Origin: Leptolyngbyaceae cyanobacterium
Lineage (GTDB): Bacteria; Cyanobacteriota; Cyanobacteriia; Phormidesmidales; Phormidesmidaceae
Assembly: GCA_965263355.1 (NCBI GenBank)
Contig: CBDHHL010000032.1
Span: forward strand, 3,488,001 to 3,552,000
Direction of reading: 5' to 3'
DNA: 64,000 nt
Shown here: positions 28,828 through 38,370 of the stretch, one piece after another
How positions within the stretch are numbered: the first letter of the stretch is position 1
Layout of the letters: every line of letters starts with the position of its first letter
The notes under the pieces: generated by a model
Told to the model about the DNA's origin: nothing
Database searches by the model: none
The model's input: the letters and a program-made list of their open reading frames with translations, nothing else
Position numbers and translations under genes: made by a program

Positions 28828-30513
28828 ATCGAAACCATCTATGGTGAGCTAAAGGGTCTCAAACCTAGTCAGCTCAAACAACTACGTCGTCTATACCATC
28901 AGCGCATTCCCGGTAGCCAAATCACTAACCGTGAATTTGCTCAGCGTTTGGCGGCCATCAGCACTGATATCAATCAACCGGTGTGTGCCTACATTGACCG
29001 GCGGGGCCATGTGCTCCGTGTTGGTGTTGGTTCCCCTCGGCAAACACAGATTCCTGCAATGGAGCTGCCGCGCTATGGTGCCGAACGTCTGTGTGGTATT
29101 CGCTGCATTGCCACTCAGCTAAAGTTGGAAAAACCTGATAATGCTGCTTTGACAGCCATGGCCCTACAACGGTTAGATGCCTTGGTAATGCTGACACTTA
29201 CTGGCAGCGGTTTTCAACGAAAAGGGGGGGGCGCAACCGGGTACATTCGTGATGCCTACCTGGCTCATTTGGTACCGGACGAAACCCAACGTTGGTCAGT
29301 GTCTGATCCGATGGACCTGGAGAGTATCAGCCTTGAAGACTTTGCCGCTCTGACTGAAGGCCTAGAGGAAGAATTTCGGCGACTATTTGTGGCACAGCAG
29401 GTGGATGCTAGCCATGATCGGGTACTACTAGTGGGGTTACAAACAGATCGCATTTCGGCACGGCGGTTTAAAAGTGGCCTGGAAGAAATCGTGCGTTTGG
29501 TGGAAACTGCTGGGGGAGAGGTTTTAGAAACACTAAAACAAAAGCGGTCAAAACCTCACCCTCAAACTGTACTGGGGGCGGGTAAAGTCGATGAGGTGGC
29601 CTTAGAAGCGCAAACCCTAGGGGCGAGCCTAGTGGTATTTGATCGAGATCTCTCTCCGGCGCAAGTACGCAGTTTGGAGCAACGGATTGGGGTACGGGTG
29701 GTAGATCGTACAGAACTGATTTTGGATATTTTTGCGCAGCGGGCGCGGACGGGTGAGGGAAAGTTACAGGTGGAACTGGCTCAGTTGGAGTATCAGTTAC
29801 CAAAGTTAACCGGTCGGGGACAGGCAATGTCTCGACTAGGGGGTGGTATTGGTACTCGGGGGCCTGGTGAGACAAAGCTAGAAACTGAGCGACGGGCTAT
29901 TCAAAAACGGATTACGCGGCTGCAGCGGGAGGTGACTCAGCTCCAGGCTCACCGATCCCGTTTACGACAAAATCGTCAACACCATGAGGTCCCCTCGGTG
30001 GCGGTGGTGGGATATACAAATGCGGGTAAGTCAACGTTGTTGAATACACTGACCAATGCCGAGATTTATGCGGCGGATCAGTTGTTTGCGACGTTAGATC
30101 CGACAACAAAGAGATTGTCGGTGATAGACCGTGAGACCCATGAGAAGAGATCGATGGTCCTCACTGACACGGTAGGGTTTATTCAGGATTTACCGTCATC
30201 TCTGATGGATGCGTTTCGGGCCACGTTAGAGGAAGTAACAGAAGCGGATGCGTTAATGCATGTGGTGGATTTGTCCCACCCGGCCTGGCAGGACCATATT
30301 CGGTCAGTGATGGGAATTTTGGGACAGATGCCAACAACTCCGGGGCCAATTTTGTTGGTGTTTAATAAGTTGGATGCGGTAGATAGTGATACCCTCGCTG
30401 TTGCGAAAGATGAGTATCCACAGGCGTTGTTTATTTCGGCGGCACAGAAACTGGGGTTGGAGACGCTGCGACAGCGGTTGGTGCAGTTAGTGGATTATGC
30501 GATCGCACGCTAA
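28828..30513 (+). CDS. hflX: ribosome-splitting GTPase HflX, cyanobacterial long form, probable ATC start
   Basis: GGGIGTRGPGETKLE, GYTNAGKS, DTVGF, NKLD; frame extends upstream as IETIYGELKGLKPSQLKQL. Confidence 0.92.
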   Translation: METIYGELKGLKPSQLKQLRRLYHQRIPGSQITNREFAQRLAAISTDINQPVCAYIDRRGHVLRVGVGSPRQTQIPAMELPRYGAERLCGIRCIATQLKLEKPDNAALTAMALQRLDALVMLTLTGSGFQRKGGGATGYIRDAYLAHLVPDETQRWSVSDPMDLESISLEDFAALTEGLEEEFRRLFVAQQVDASHDRVLLVGLQTDRISARRFKSGLEEIVRLVETAGGEVLETLKQKRSKPHPQTVLGAGKVDEVALEAQTLGASLVVFDRDLSPAQVRSLEQRIGVRVVDRTELILDIFAQRARTGEGKLQVELAQLEYQLPKLTGRGQAMSRLGGGIGTRGPGETKLETERRAIQKRITRLQREVTQLQAHRSRLRQNRQHHEVPSVAVVGYTNAGKSTLLNTLTNAEIYAADQLFATLDPTTKRLSVIDRETHEKRSMVLTDTVGFIQDLPSSLMDAFRATLEEVTEADALMHVVDLSHPAWQDHIRSVMGILGQMPTTPGPILLVFNKLDAVDSDTLAVAKDEYPQALFISAAQKLGLETLRQRLVQLVDYAIAR

Positions 30514-30586
30514 TAAACCTTTTCCACGTCCAGAAATGGATTGTCTTCAGCAAGAAACTTCCAGATTTTAACTTGGACGTGGTTTA
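30514..30586 (+). repeat. 73-bp MITE-like repeat, copy B
   Basis: TAAACCTTTTCCACGTCCAGAA...CTTGGACGTGGTTTA. Confidence 0.8.
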
Positions 30587-30602
30587 CCCTTCTTGCCTAC
30601 GA

Positions 30603-30914
30603 TCAAACTCTAAATGGTTCTGATTTGTCATCAAAGTGTAAGGGTAAGACACTTTCAATATTTTCAGTTGGGTGAGGAACGATGTAGTGGGAGGTGGCTT
30701 TTCCATTATTAGGGCAGTTATTAGCAGCGGTTATCCCTGCCTCCATGGCCCTATTGACCTCACCCACACGCCCGCGAATCCTAACAAACTGATGCCCACT
30801 ATCGGCTTGACTAATCCCTAAAAGGGAAACCCGACCTGCTTTAACCATGGCATCTGCCGCTGCTAGTGAAGCTGGATATCCGTGGGTTTCGATTACACCG
30901 ATAGCGTAAAGCAT
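30603..30914 (-). CDS. ccmK: satellite carboxysome shell hexamer, CcmK3-like
   Basis: AIGVIETHG...[12 protein letters not shown]...HYIVPHP.EN...EPFRV BMC domain, 103 aa; subtype uncertain. Confidence 0.85.
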   Translation of the reverse strand: MLYAIGVIETHGYPASLAAADAMVKAGRVSLLGISQADSGHQFVRIRGRVGEVNRAMEAGITAANNCPNNGKATSHYIVPHPTENIESVLPLHFDDKSEPFRV

Positions 30915-31340
30915 GGGAAAGGGTCCTAGTATAAAGCTGCCTTTCCCAATATACCTGAGACTCGACACCTGACACTCCACCTTGGCATGTTTATTGCGGC
31001 AGCTCAGAAGCAAAGATTAGAGAGGTTGCGACAGCATTTGGTGAAGCTGATTGATGCTGCTGTGACAGGCTAATAGCGTCAGATTTTAGGCAACCTAGAT
31101 AAAATAGGCAGTAGACCATCATTTCAGTCGAACCCTACGGTGACTCAGACTGCACGCTCAGTGGTAACGCTGGTCGACAAGTTGAGCAGAAGTCAGCAAA
31201 AGTTTTTCAGCACCTAAATCAGCATAGAGTCGTACACCTTCAAATTCGATTGTGACTTGGCTATAAATCATTTTGATAGATATTTCTCTCAAAACTTATC
31301 TCAACTACTGTTGAGGCAAAAATCAAGTTTCATTATGTCT

Positions 31341-31430
31341 GGCTAACCGTTGCTCATCACCCGCCGCAGATAACCGTTGAATTCCAACAGAAAACTTCTC
31401 TGCGGTCAGTGTGCATGGGCTTTGTTAGGT
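31341..31430 (+). other. integron attC-like recombination site (solitary)
   Basis: R'' GGCTAAC, R' GTTAGGT; CATCAC/GTG(C)ATG and CCGCAGA/TCTGCGG(T) arms with unpaired bases; 90 bp. Confidence 0.7.
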
Positions 31431-31563
31431 TTCGATCGCTTGTTTCAAAACTGTGTATAAAAATGATAACTTCCAATCAATTGATTCATGTAATGACATT
31501 AACTTCCTCCAGAAACGTACCCTACAACAGCTTGCTTGAGTAACGCTTCTATTCGGCCTTTTT

Positions 31564-33161
31564 CTATGACAACAAGCTCCCTAACCGACTTAAAACAGCC
31601 TGGGCTGCCAACCGTCCTGATTGCGCCGCACCTTCCATATAGCCCTGATATTCATCGCTGGTGTGTTCTCCAGCGAAAATCAAGTTCCCGACGGCAAATT
31701 CCTGCTCGTAGTCTCCTTCGAGGTAAACATAGTCTTCCATAAACCCAGTATATTGTCCCGGTTTCCAGCAAGCGTAGCTACCTAGGGCATAATTATGAGT
31801 CGGCCAGTGTAGACGAGTCGCTTTTCCATTCAGGCTTCGGTTAAACCGGGAATCAGGTCATCGAGCATTTGCGTATAGACTCGGGCATTCTCTCGAACAC
31901 TATAACGCTTGCTGTCAAACCCAATATCTCCTCCTAGATAAAAGGTAAGGGATCCAATTTCTGTTTCTTGCAATTGCGTGGTTTCAAAGAAGGTTTGGTA
32001 GGGGAGATCCGTAAATCCGAATCCGCTCAATTCTTGTTCCCGCCAAAGCGGGCTGTTGTAACCTGTTGCAACTTTGACATTGTTGGCATAGCCTACCTGA
32101 TCAATAAACTGACGGAGGGAATCTGGCAAAGCCATTTGCATAGGAATACGACGCAAAACGCTAAAGGGAAGAGTCAAAATGACGATATCTGCATCGACAT
32201 CCCTGTAGTTAAACGTGAGCCGGAAGCCGTTGTCCTGGCTGCGAAGGGACGTTAAGACCATGCCTGTTTCAATCTGGTCTTGCACCTCTTGGGCAAGTGC
32301 ATCGGTAATAGCTTGAGTTCCGTTTTGGACAAGATATCGTTCGTCAGAGTATCCCGTGGGTTCAACGATTCCATCATCATTAACAGTTGGAGTCAGCCAT
32401 ATGAGGTTAAGGGCAGTTATCTCGTCAGTCTCAAGCCCCATCTCTGCGACCATTACAGTATCAATGAAATCCCGTAGCCATCCCGAAATGCCCAGGCGAT
32501 CGCAATAGTCGGCAATCGAGAGGGCATCGAGTTCAACGCTGACTGTCTCCCAATCTTCATCCAGGCGATCGGCATCGACTGCGATTCGCTCAGCAACAGG
32601 GATCAGAGCCTCCGCTAGTTCGGCATTTGAGATCATGCGCCCGTCGTAGTAGTACAGATTTTGCAATGCCAGTTCTTCAGGCGTAAAGCGATCGAGCAAG
32701 GGCATATTCAGTTCTTCGGCGAGGGCGATCATATCTTCATGGTCGCTGTTGATATACTCAGCTCCGAGGTTTACCCAAGTATTTTTGCCAAGGGCATCAT
32801 GTACTGTATACATCCTGCCGCCAACACGGTTAGAGGCTTCATAAATCGTGGCGCGATAGCCAGCTTTTTTGAGTTGGTATGCAGCATTGAGTCCGGCAAC
32901 GCCTGCGCCAACGATCGCAATTTTGGGAGCATTCGCTTCTTGGGCAAGAAGAGCAGTTCCGAATCCTTGGCTTCCGACAGTCAGCATCGTTCCACCACCA
33001 AAAGCGGCGGCGGTTTTCAGAAATTTGCGCCGCCCCAATCGTCCTCTTTGCCCAGGCTTCTGGAGTTCCGGCAGTTCATCAATAGGCACTCCACGACGAT
33101 TTGCAAGAGTTGCAGACCGCAGGGCGCGAGAAAATAGGCCAAATAAGGAAGTTCGTGCCAT
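31564..33161 (-). pseudogene. Tat-exported flavin monoamine oxidase family protein, frameshifted near 31831
   Basis: GRRKFLK Tat motif, GAGVAG, EASNRVGGR; the conserved tail FAGEHTSDEYQGYMEGAAQSG lies in another frame ending at TAG 31564. Confidence 0.85.
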
Positions 33162-33211
33162 GTTGTATGAATGTCTCCTTTTAAAGCGAACCAACCTGAA
33201 TTTTCAATGCT

Positions 33212-33575
33212 GTCGGGTAAAAGGATAGGTTTTATGTATAGCCTACTCCCTCCCCTCAGAACCGTGCATACAACTTTCACTGTACACGGCTCAAGCAAGG
33301 TCGATAGCTCAGCGATGCACTTGTTGATGGCAGACTCGGTGGAGTGCCATCAGATTGGAGGCATGATTCGTCCCACCTAGGTGTCGTGGCTGCTTGTGAT
33401 GAATGTGGATGGGCTCTCCGTTGAATAGAGATTGACCGCACCATGGACATTGTCCCTGTTGCAAGCGAATAATCCGCTGAGCAGATTTGGGATAATCCCC
33501 CAGTTGTCTGGCCTGATTGCCTCGTAAAGCAAAATATCCCTGACATTCCGGGTCATTTGGACTAGCGCCCTCGAA
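33212..33575 (-). mobile_element. 5'-truncated group II intron: end of IEP (HNH/En domain), domains V and VI
   Basis: DV GAGCCGTGTACAGTGAAAGTTGTATGCACGGTTC (33292-33259), DVI ending ACCCGAC; QQGQCPWCG...HIHH...GG...NLMALHRVCHQQVH. Confidence 0.9.
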
Positions 33576-33612
33576 TGAGGACATGCCGTTGAATTCGGGT
33601 AGAGCCGATGCA

Positions 33613-33813
33613 ATGAAGCACCATGCCAGTATTGGGGTCAATAAAACACCATTGCAGCAGGTCATCGACCGTCTGCACATCCTTGGCTACATCGAACGCA
33701 TCGTCTGGAGTCAGACTATCCGAATTCCCCAAGAGGGAATGATTATCCGTCCTGATCCTGGTGATGTCTTGCGATACACCCAGCAGGAACGCACAATTTA
33801 TCAGCCGTCATAA
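33613..33813 (+). pseudogene. possible fragment of a small cyanobacterial hypothetical protein
   Basis: VIDRLHILGYIERIVWS...PDPGDVLRY resembles a recurrent cyanobacterial small-protein motif; N-terminus appears lost. Confidence 0.35.
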
Positions 33814-34263
33814 TAAATCAAAGCTTACTGGAGGTAATGCGAAGTTCTTGTAGTTTCGCAAAGGCGCGATCTCATCCATCAATAACGTTTCTAGCTTCCT
33901 TAAGCCGTTCACCGTTTCAAACATCTCAAATCGAATATTTAAGCTAAGTGAAACCCATGGAAAATTTAGCTAGGACCTGATGTGTAGGAGAGGGCTGAAC
34001 CATGGCAGTTTCCTTGGTTATATGAATATATCCATTTTATGCAGTTAGAGGATGCGATCGCACGCTACACCAACCCTCATACTTGATGGAGGCTTCCATT
34101 ACAGGGAACCTCGCTATCTGATCGCTATTGGGATCAGCAACTTGTATCCAAGCTGCTGATTTAATCTCCCTATCATCCATTACGGTAAAAGGTGAGTATT
34201 TAGCCACGACTTTCAGGTGTCGGGCGCTGCCGTTTACCATTACGCAAATCTAGGAGCAAGATC

Positions 34264-35184
34264 GTGACACCCTTTGATGACACGCAAGCAGAAAAGGACT
34301 GGCTTGAAGCTGAACTTCAAGATACCCTCGACGAAGACTTTGAAATCGAACTTGAAGATGCATTACTCTCCCTAGAGATTAAGAAAATCTATCAAGCAAA
34401 GCATCAGGAGACGTTGCCTCGAAAGGAGTACTTCTTAAGTCTGCTCAAGTTGCAGGCAGAACTGATCAAGCTGCATGACTGGGTACAAGACACCGACGCA
34501 AAGGTTGTCGTTCTTTTTGAAGGACGGGACTCAGCTGGAAAAGGTGGGGTGATTAAACGCATTACACAGCGTTTGAATCCCCGCGTTTGTCGAGTTGTTG
34601 CATTACCAAAACCGACCGACCGCGAACAGAAACAGTGGTACTTTCAACGTTATGTTCCCTACTTACCGACGGGGGGCGAAATGGTGTTGTTTGATCGCTC
34701 CTGGTACAACCGTGCAGGTGTTGAGCGCGTTATGGGCTTTGCCACACCTGAGCAGGTGGAAGACTTTTTTCGGGATGTTCCCGAATTTGAAAGGATGTTA
34801 GTGCGCTCCGGCATTATCCTGATTAAGTACTGGTTCTCAATTGCTGATGATGAGCAACAACTTCGTTTCCTCATGCGCATCCATGACCCTCTGAAACAGT
34901 GGAAGTTGAGCCCTATGGATTTACAGTCTCGTATTCGTTGGGAAGACTACACTAAGGCCAAGGAAGAGATGTTTGCCCGTACGAATATTTCTGAAGCGCC
35001 CTGGTGGATTGTTCCAGCAAATGATAAAAAACGAGCCCGCCTAAACTGTATTCAGCATCTGTTAACCCAGATTCCCTACACTGAAGTACCCCATGACCTG
35101 ATCCAGCTCCCTGAGCGGGTATTTAACACAGACTATGAACGTGACACCCTGCCGGACAAGCTATATATTCCACAGGTGTTTTAG
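34264..35184 (+). CDS. ppk2: polyphosphate kinase 2
   Basis: FEGRDSAGKGG, FDRSWYNRAGVERVMGF, WKLSPMD; AGGAG RBS before GTG. Confidence 0.95.
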   Translation: MTPFDDTQAEKDWLEAELQDTLDEDFEIELEDALLSLEIKKIYQAKHQETLPRKEYFLSLLKLQAELIKLHDWVQDTDAKVVVLFEGRDSAGKGGVIKRITQRLNPRVCRVVALPKPTDREQKQWYFQRYVPYLPTGGEMVLFDRSWYNRAGVERVMGFATPEQVEDFFRDVPEFERMLVRSGIILIKYWFSIADDEQQLRFLMRIHDPLKQWKLSPMDLQSRIRWEDYTKAKEEMFARTNISEAPWWIVPANDKKRARLNCIQHLLTQIPYTEVPHDLIQLPERVFNTDYERDTLPDKLYIPQVF

Positions 35185-35353
35185 AAGAACTTACAGGCAT
35201 GGTGCGTTTCTGCAAATTTATCGGTGAAAGGGGACAAGTTATGTTTAGAAACGCACCCTAAAGCTTATCCTGCCTGTTGCCCTGGCGGGTGGGATAACTG
35301 GCCTATCTGTGGCCAATGCTAAGTTTGTGTAGCTGAGTAAAGGTGCGATCGCA

Positions 35354-36133
35354 TTATTTTTCTTTTTCCATAGTCCGTTGCGACATTTTGAGAACCACTT
35401 TTCTCGGCAGCAGTGGAATAACCCAGTTCAGCATAAAACTCAAAGATGGCTCATTGATTTTTACCAATTCACCTTTCAGCATAGCCTCATAACCACATTG
35501 GGCCACTGACTCAGGCGATGCCGCATTGTCCCACATGGAGTTACCATCAAGATCGCCAGCGGCAACAAAGCCAGTGGCGACCGCACCAGGACACAATGCT
35601 GTTGACGTGATATTGGTATCCGCAAGCTCTTGGGCAATCGCCTGAGAAAACGAAATAACAAACGCCTTGGTCGCGTAATAAACTGCCTGTAGGGGACCTG
35701 GCAAAAAGCCTGCCGTGGACGCCACATGCAAAATTTTGCCAGAATTACGCTTGACCATTCCCTGTAAACATAGATGGGTCAGGTTCACTAGCGAAACCAT
35801 ATTGACCTGCATCATGGCCTGATCCTTGGCTAGATCCCGCTCATAGAATTTCCCATGGCCACCAAAGCCAGCATTGTTGATCAAAATATCGACCTGGATG
35901 CCAGCGGCTTCTGTTGCAGCAAATATCTTGTCAGCGGCATCTGGCTGGGCCAGATCAGCCACAATAACGGTGGCTTGGATATCATAGTTACCCTCTAATT
36001 CTGTCTTTAATTCGTTCAGTACTGGTTCGCGTCGGGCCACTAGTACCAGGTCTCCCCCGTTAGCAGCATGCAATCTAGCCAATTCAGCGCCAATGCCGCT
36101 GGATGCACCGGTTACTAATGCAGTGTTTCCCAT
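35354..36133 (-). CDS. short-chain dehydrogenase (DltE-like)
   Basis: TGASSGIG, NNAG, YYATK. Confidence 0.9.
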   Translation of the reverse strand: MGNTALVTGASSGIGAELARLHAANGGDLVLVARREPVLNELKTELEGNYDIQATVIVADLAQPDAADKIFAATEAAGIQVDILINNAGFGGHGKFYERDLAKDQAMMQVNMVSLVNLTHLCLQGMVKRNSGKILHVASTAGFLPGPLQAVYYATKAFVISFSQAIAQELADTNITSTALCPGAVATGFVAAGDLDGNSMWDNAASPESVAQCGYEAMLKGELVKINEPSLSFMLNWVIPLLPRKVVLKMSQRTMEKEK

Positions 36134-36205
36134 CTTAGTTTCCTGACAATAAAGGATAGAAGACCGTCTGAGCGCAGACAAACGGCTGTGAACAGTTTTG
36201 TATAT

Positions 36206-36245
36206 TAAACCTTGTCCACGTCTAGAACTAGAGCGTTTCCGTTTA
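36206..36245 (+). repeat. truncated copy D of the MITE-like repeat
   Basis: TAAACCTTGTCCACGTCTAGAACT. Confidence 0.55.
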
Positions 36246-36929
36246 CTTCACCCCACAACGCTCATTAGCCGGTACTGCCTCCATCATCTTTTTAGGATTG
36301 GGTAAGTTCAAATTGTTCATAAATCTAATAAACCCCTCCCGCGTACGCCCAACAAAGCGAGGGTTTAATCGCTTTTCTTCGCCAATGGTCGAAACAGTGT
36401 GTCCCTTGTAGTCATGTCCTGGATATACCAAGGTCTCATTGGGTAACGAAAATAACCGTTGGGTTACCCGGTCATACAGCTTACCAGCATCACCTGCTTG
36501 AAAATCAGTTCGACCACAGCCCCTTATAAATAAGGCATCTCCGGTCAACAGATGAGTTCCATCGACCAGATAGGCCATGTGGCTATCCGTATGCCCATTG
36601 GTTTCAATGGCCTGGATAGTGATAGTACCAAGGCGTAGTCTCTCCTTGTTATTAACCGAGCGGCTGGCACAAACTGCCTGTGCTCCAGCCGGTACAATCC
36701 CCTCGCACCCTGTGATCTCGCGTAATTTCCCTGTGCCTGTAACGTGGTCAGCGTGAATGTGGGTTTCCAGACAGAATTTGAGCGTTAGGTTTAATTCTTG
36801 GATTAATCCTTGATCCCGTTCTATTTGCTCAAAGACCGGATCTACCAACGCAGCCTCACCGCTCGTAGCATCGGCAATCAAATAGGTGTATGTGCTACTC
36901 TCTTTGTCAAACAACTGGCGGAATATCAT
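36243..36929 (-). CDS. MBL-fold persulfide dioxygenase (ETHE1-like)
   Basis: FRQLFDKESSTYTY, THIHADH, GCGRTDFQ, PGHDYKG, AVPAN. Confidence 0.88.
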   Translation of the reverse strand: MIFRQLFDKESSTYTYLIADATSGEAALVDPVFEQIERDQGLIQELNLTLKFCLETHIHADHVTGTGKLREITGCEGIVPAGAQAVCASRSVNNKERLRLGTITIQAIETNGHTDSHMAYLVDGTHLLTGDALFIRGCGRTDFQAGDAGKLYDRVTQRLFSLPNETLVYPGHDYKGHTVSTIGEEKRLNPRFVGRTREGFIRFMNNLNLPNPKKMMEAVPANERCGVK

Positions 36930-37078
36930 TGGGGGCATTCTACGAGTTGACTGTATATCTACGTCATTAGGGTAACTAACCCAGGTACAGGCAACAATTA
37001 ATTTCGGCAATAGATCAAAGGGCACCCACAAGAGGTGCCCCTACAGATTCTACAGATGTGCTTGGATTTACTTCAGAT

Positions 37079-38290
37079 CTACTGAGGCAGGTTTTCAGGC
37101 CTTACCTCTACTGATTTCACCTCACCATTGCGCTGTACTTCAACGGTAAGCTTTTGGCCAACTTTACCGCTGCTGACGATCCGCTGTACTTCAGTGGACT
37201 CAGTTACAGCTGTCCCATCAATGGCTGTAATTACATCTCCGGCTCTTAGACCACTTCTAGCGGCAGGAGACTCTGACAGTACCCGAGCAATTAAGATGCC
37301 TGCATCTTCGTCAACGGTCAGACCGCTGTTGGGGTTAGTATTAATATCCTCCTTCACCTCTGGACTCAACGTAATCATTTGAATGCCTAAGAATGGATGC
37401 TGTACCTCACCGTTTTCGGCAAGTTCTGTAGCTATCCGTTCCACCATATTGATGGGGATGGCAAAGCCCAGACCTTGGGCTCCATTAATGATGGCGGTAT
37501 TGACACCGATAACTTCACCCTGCTGGTTGAGCAAGGGACCACCAGAGTTACCAGGATTAATGGCGGTGTCAGTTTGGATAAACTCAACGCGTTTATCAGG
37601 GACGCCCACCTGATTGCTAGAGCGCCCCACAGCACTGACAATACCCACCGTCACCGTATTATCTAGACCCAGTGGATTTCCAATGGCGATGGACCATTCG
37701 CCCGGTTGCAGTTGATCAGAGTCACCTAGGGCCACAGTGGGGAGATTACGTTCATCCACCTTAATCACTGCAATATCGGTTACAGGGTCGCTACCCAGAA
37801 CTCGGCCATCCAAAATGCGGCCATCTTTAAGGGTGACGGTGACGGTGTCAGCGCCATCGACCACATGGGCGTTGGTAATAATTTGGCCATCGTCGCTAAT
37901 GATAAAGCCTGAGCCTAGACCCCGTTCGGTACGTTCCTGGTCGCCCTGGGGCAAGCGACTGCCAAAGAATTGACGGAAGTTGGGATCGTTAAAGACATCG
38001 GGGATTCGCTGGCTAACGGTGCGTGATGCGTCGATGCGGACAACGGCGGGGCCTACGTCAGTGACCACGTCGGTGATGAAGTTGGGGTTAGCTGCAGGGG
38101 GGATGGTTGGAGCGGTCGTCTGGGCAATGGCAACTTGATTTTCTTGCCGCAGGGGTGATTCGGGTGCCCAGGCTAAGAAGCCACCGACTGTGGCGAGTCC
38201 AGCACCCATCAATAGACTGCTGAGAAAGGATACAGACCGCCAGGGGCGGGAAGGGTTGGAGTGATGTGAACTGGCCATGGTTTGGGACAC
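37079..38290 (-). CDS. HtrA/HhoA/HhoB serine protease with PDZ domain
   Basis: TNAHVV, DIAV, GNSGGPL triad; C-terminal PDZ. Confidence 0.93.
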   Translation of the reverse strand: MSQTMASSHHSNPSRPWRSVSFLSSLLMGAGLATVGGFLAWAPESPLRQENQVAIAQTTAPTIPPAANPNFITDVVTDVGPAVVRIDASRTVSQRIPDVFNDPNFRQFFGSRLPQGDQERTERGLGSGFIISDDGQIITNAHVVDGADTVTVTLKDGRILDGRVLGSDPVTDIAVIKVDERNLPTVALGDSDQLQPGEWSIAIGNPLGLDNTVTVGIVSAVGRSSNQVGVPDKRVEFIQTDTAINPGNSGGPLLNQQGEVIGVNTAIINGAQGLGFAIPINMVERIATELAENGEVQHPFLGIQMITLSPEVKEDINTNPNSGLTVDEDAGILIARVLSESPAARSGLRAGDVITAIDGTAVTESTEVQRIVSSGKVGQKLTVEVQRNGEVKSVEVRPENLPQ

Positions 38291-38324
38291 GTTTAATTCG
38301 GTTGTTCACAGCTTAGACAGTCGA

Positions 38325-38342
38325 TGTGACATTGCTGTGACA
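38325..38342 (-). promoter_or_regulatory. direct repeat, candidate OmpR-family binding site upstream of the HtrA gene
   Basis: TGTCACA-N4-TGTCACA on the minus strand, 11-bp period. Confidence 0.45.
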
Positions 38343-38370
38343 TCGAGTTGTCAATGTCATGTTGGGTGGC

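Noticed and set aside
31341..33575. Intron as an attC-targeting class IIC element
   Set aside because: It has an HNH domain and a 34-nt AGC-type DV, and lies 1.8 kb from the attC site
34037..34240. 67-aa minus-strand ORF
   Set aside because: No recognisable motif or RBS; cannot support as a gene
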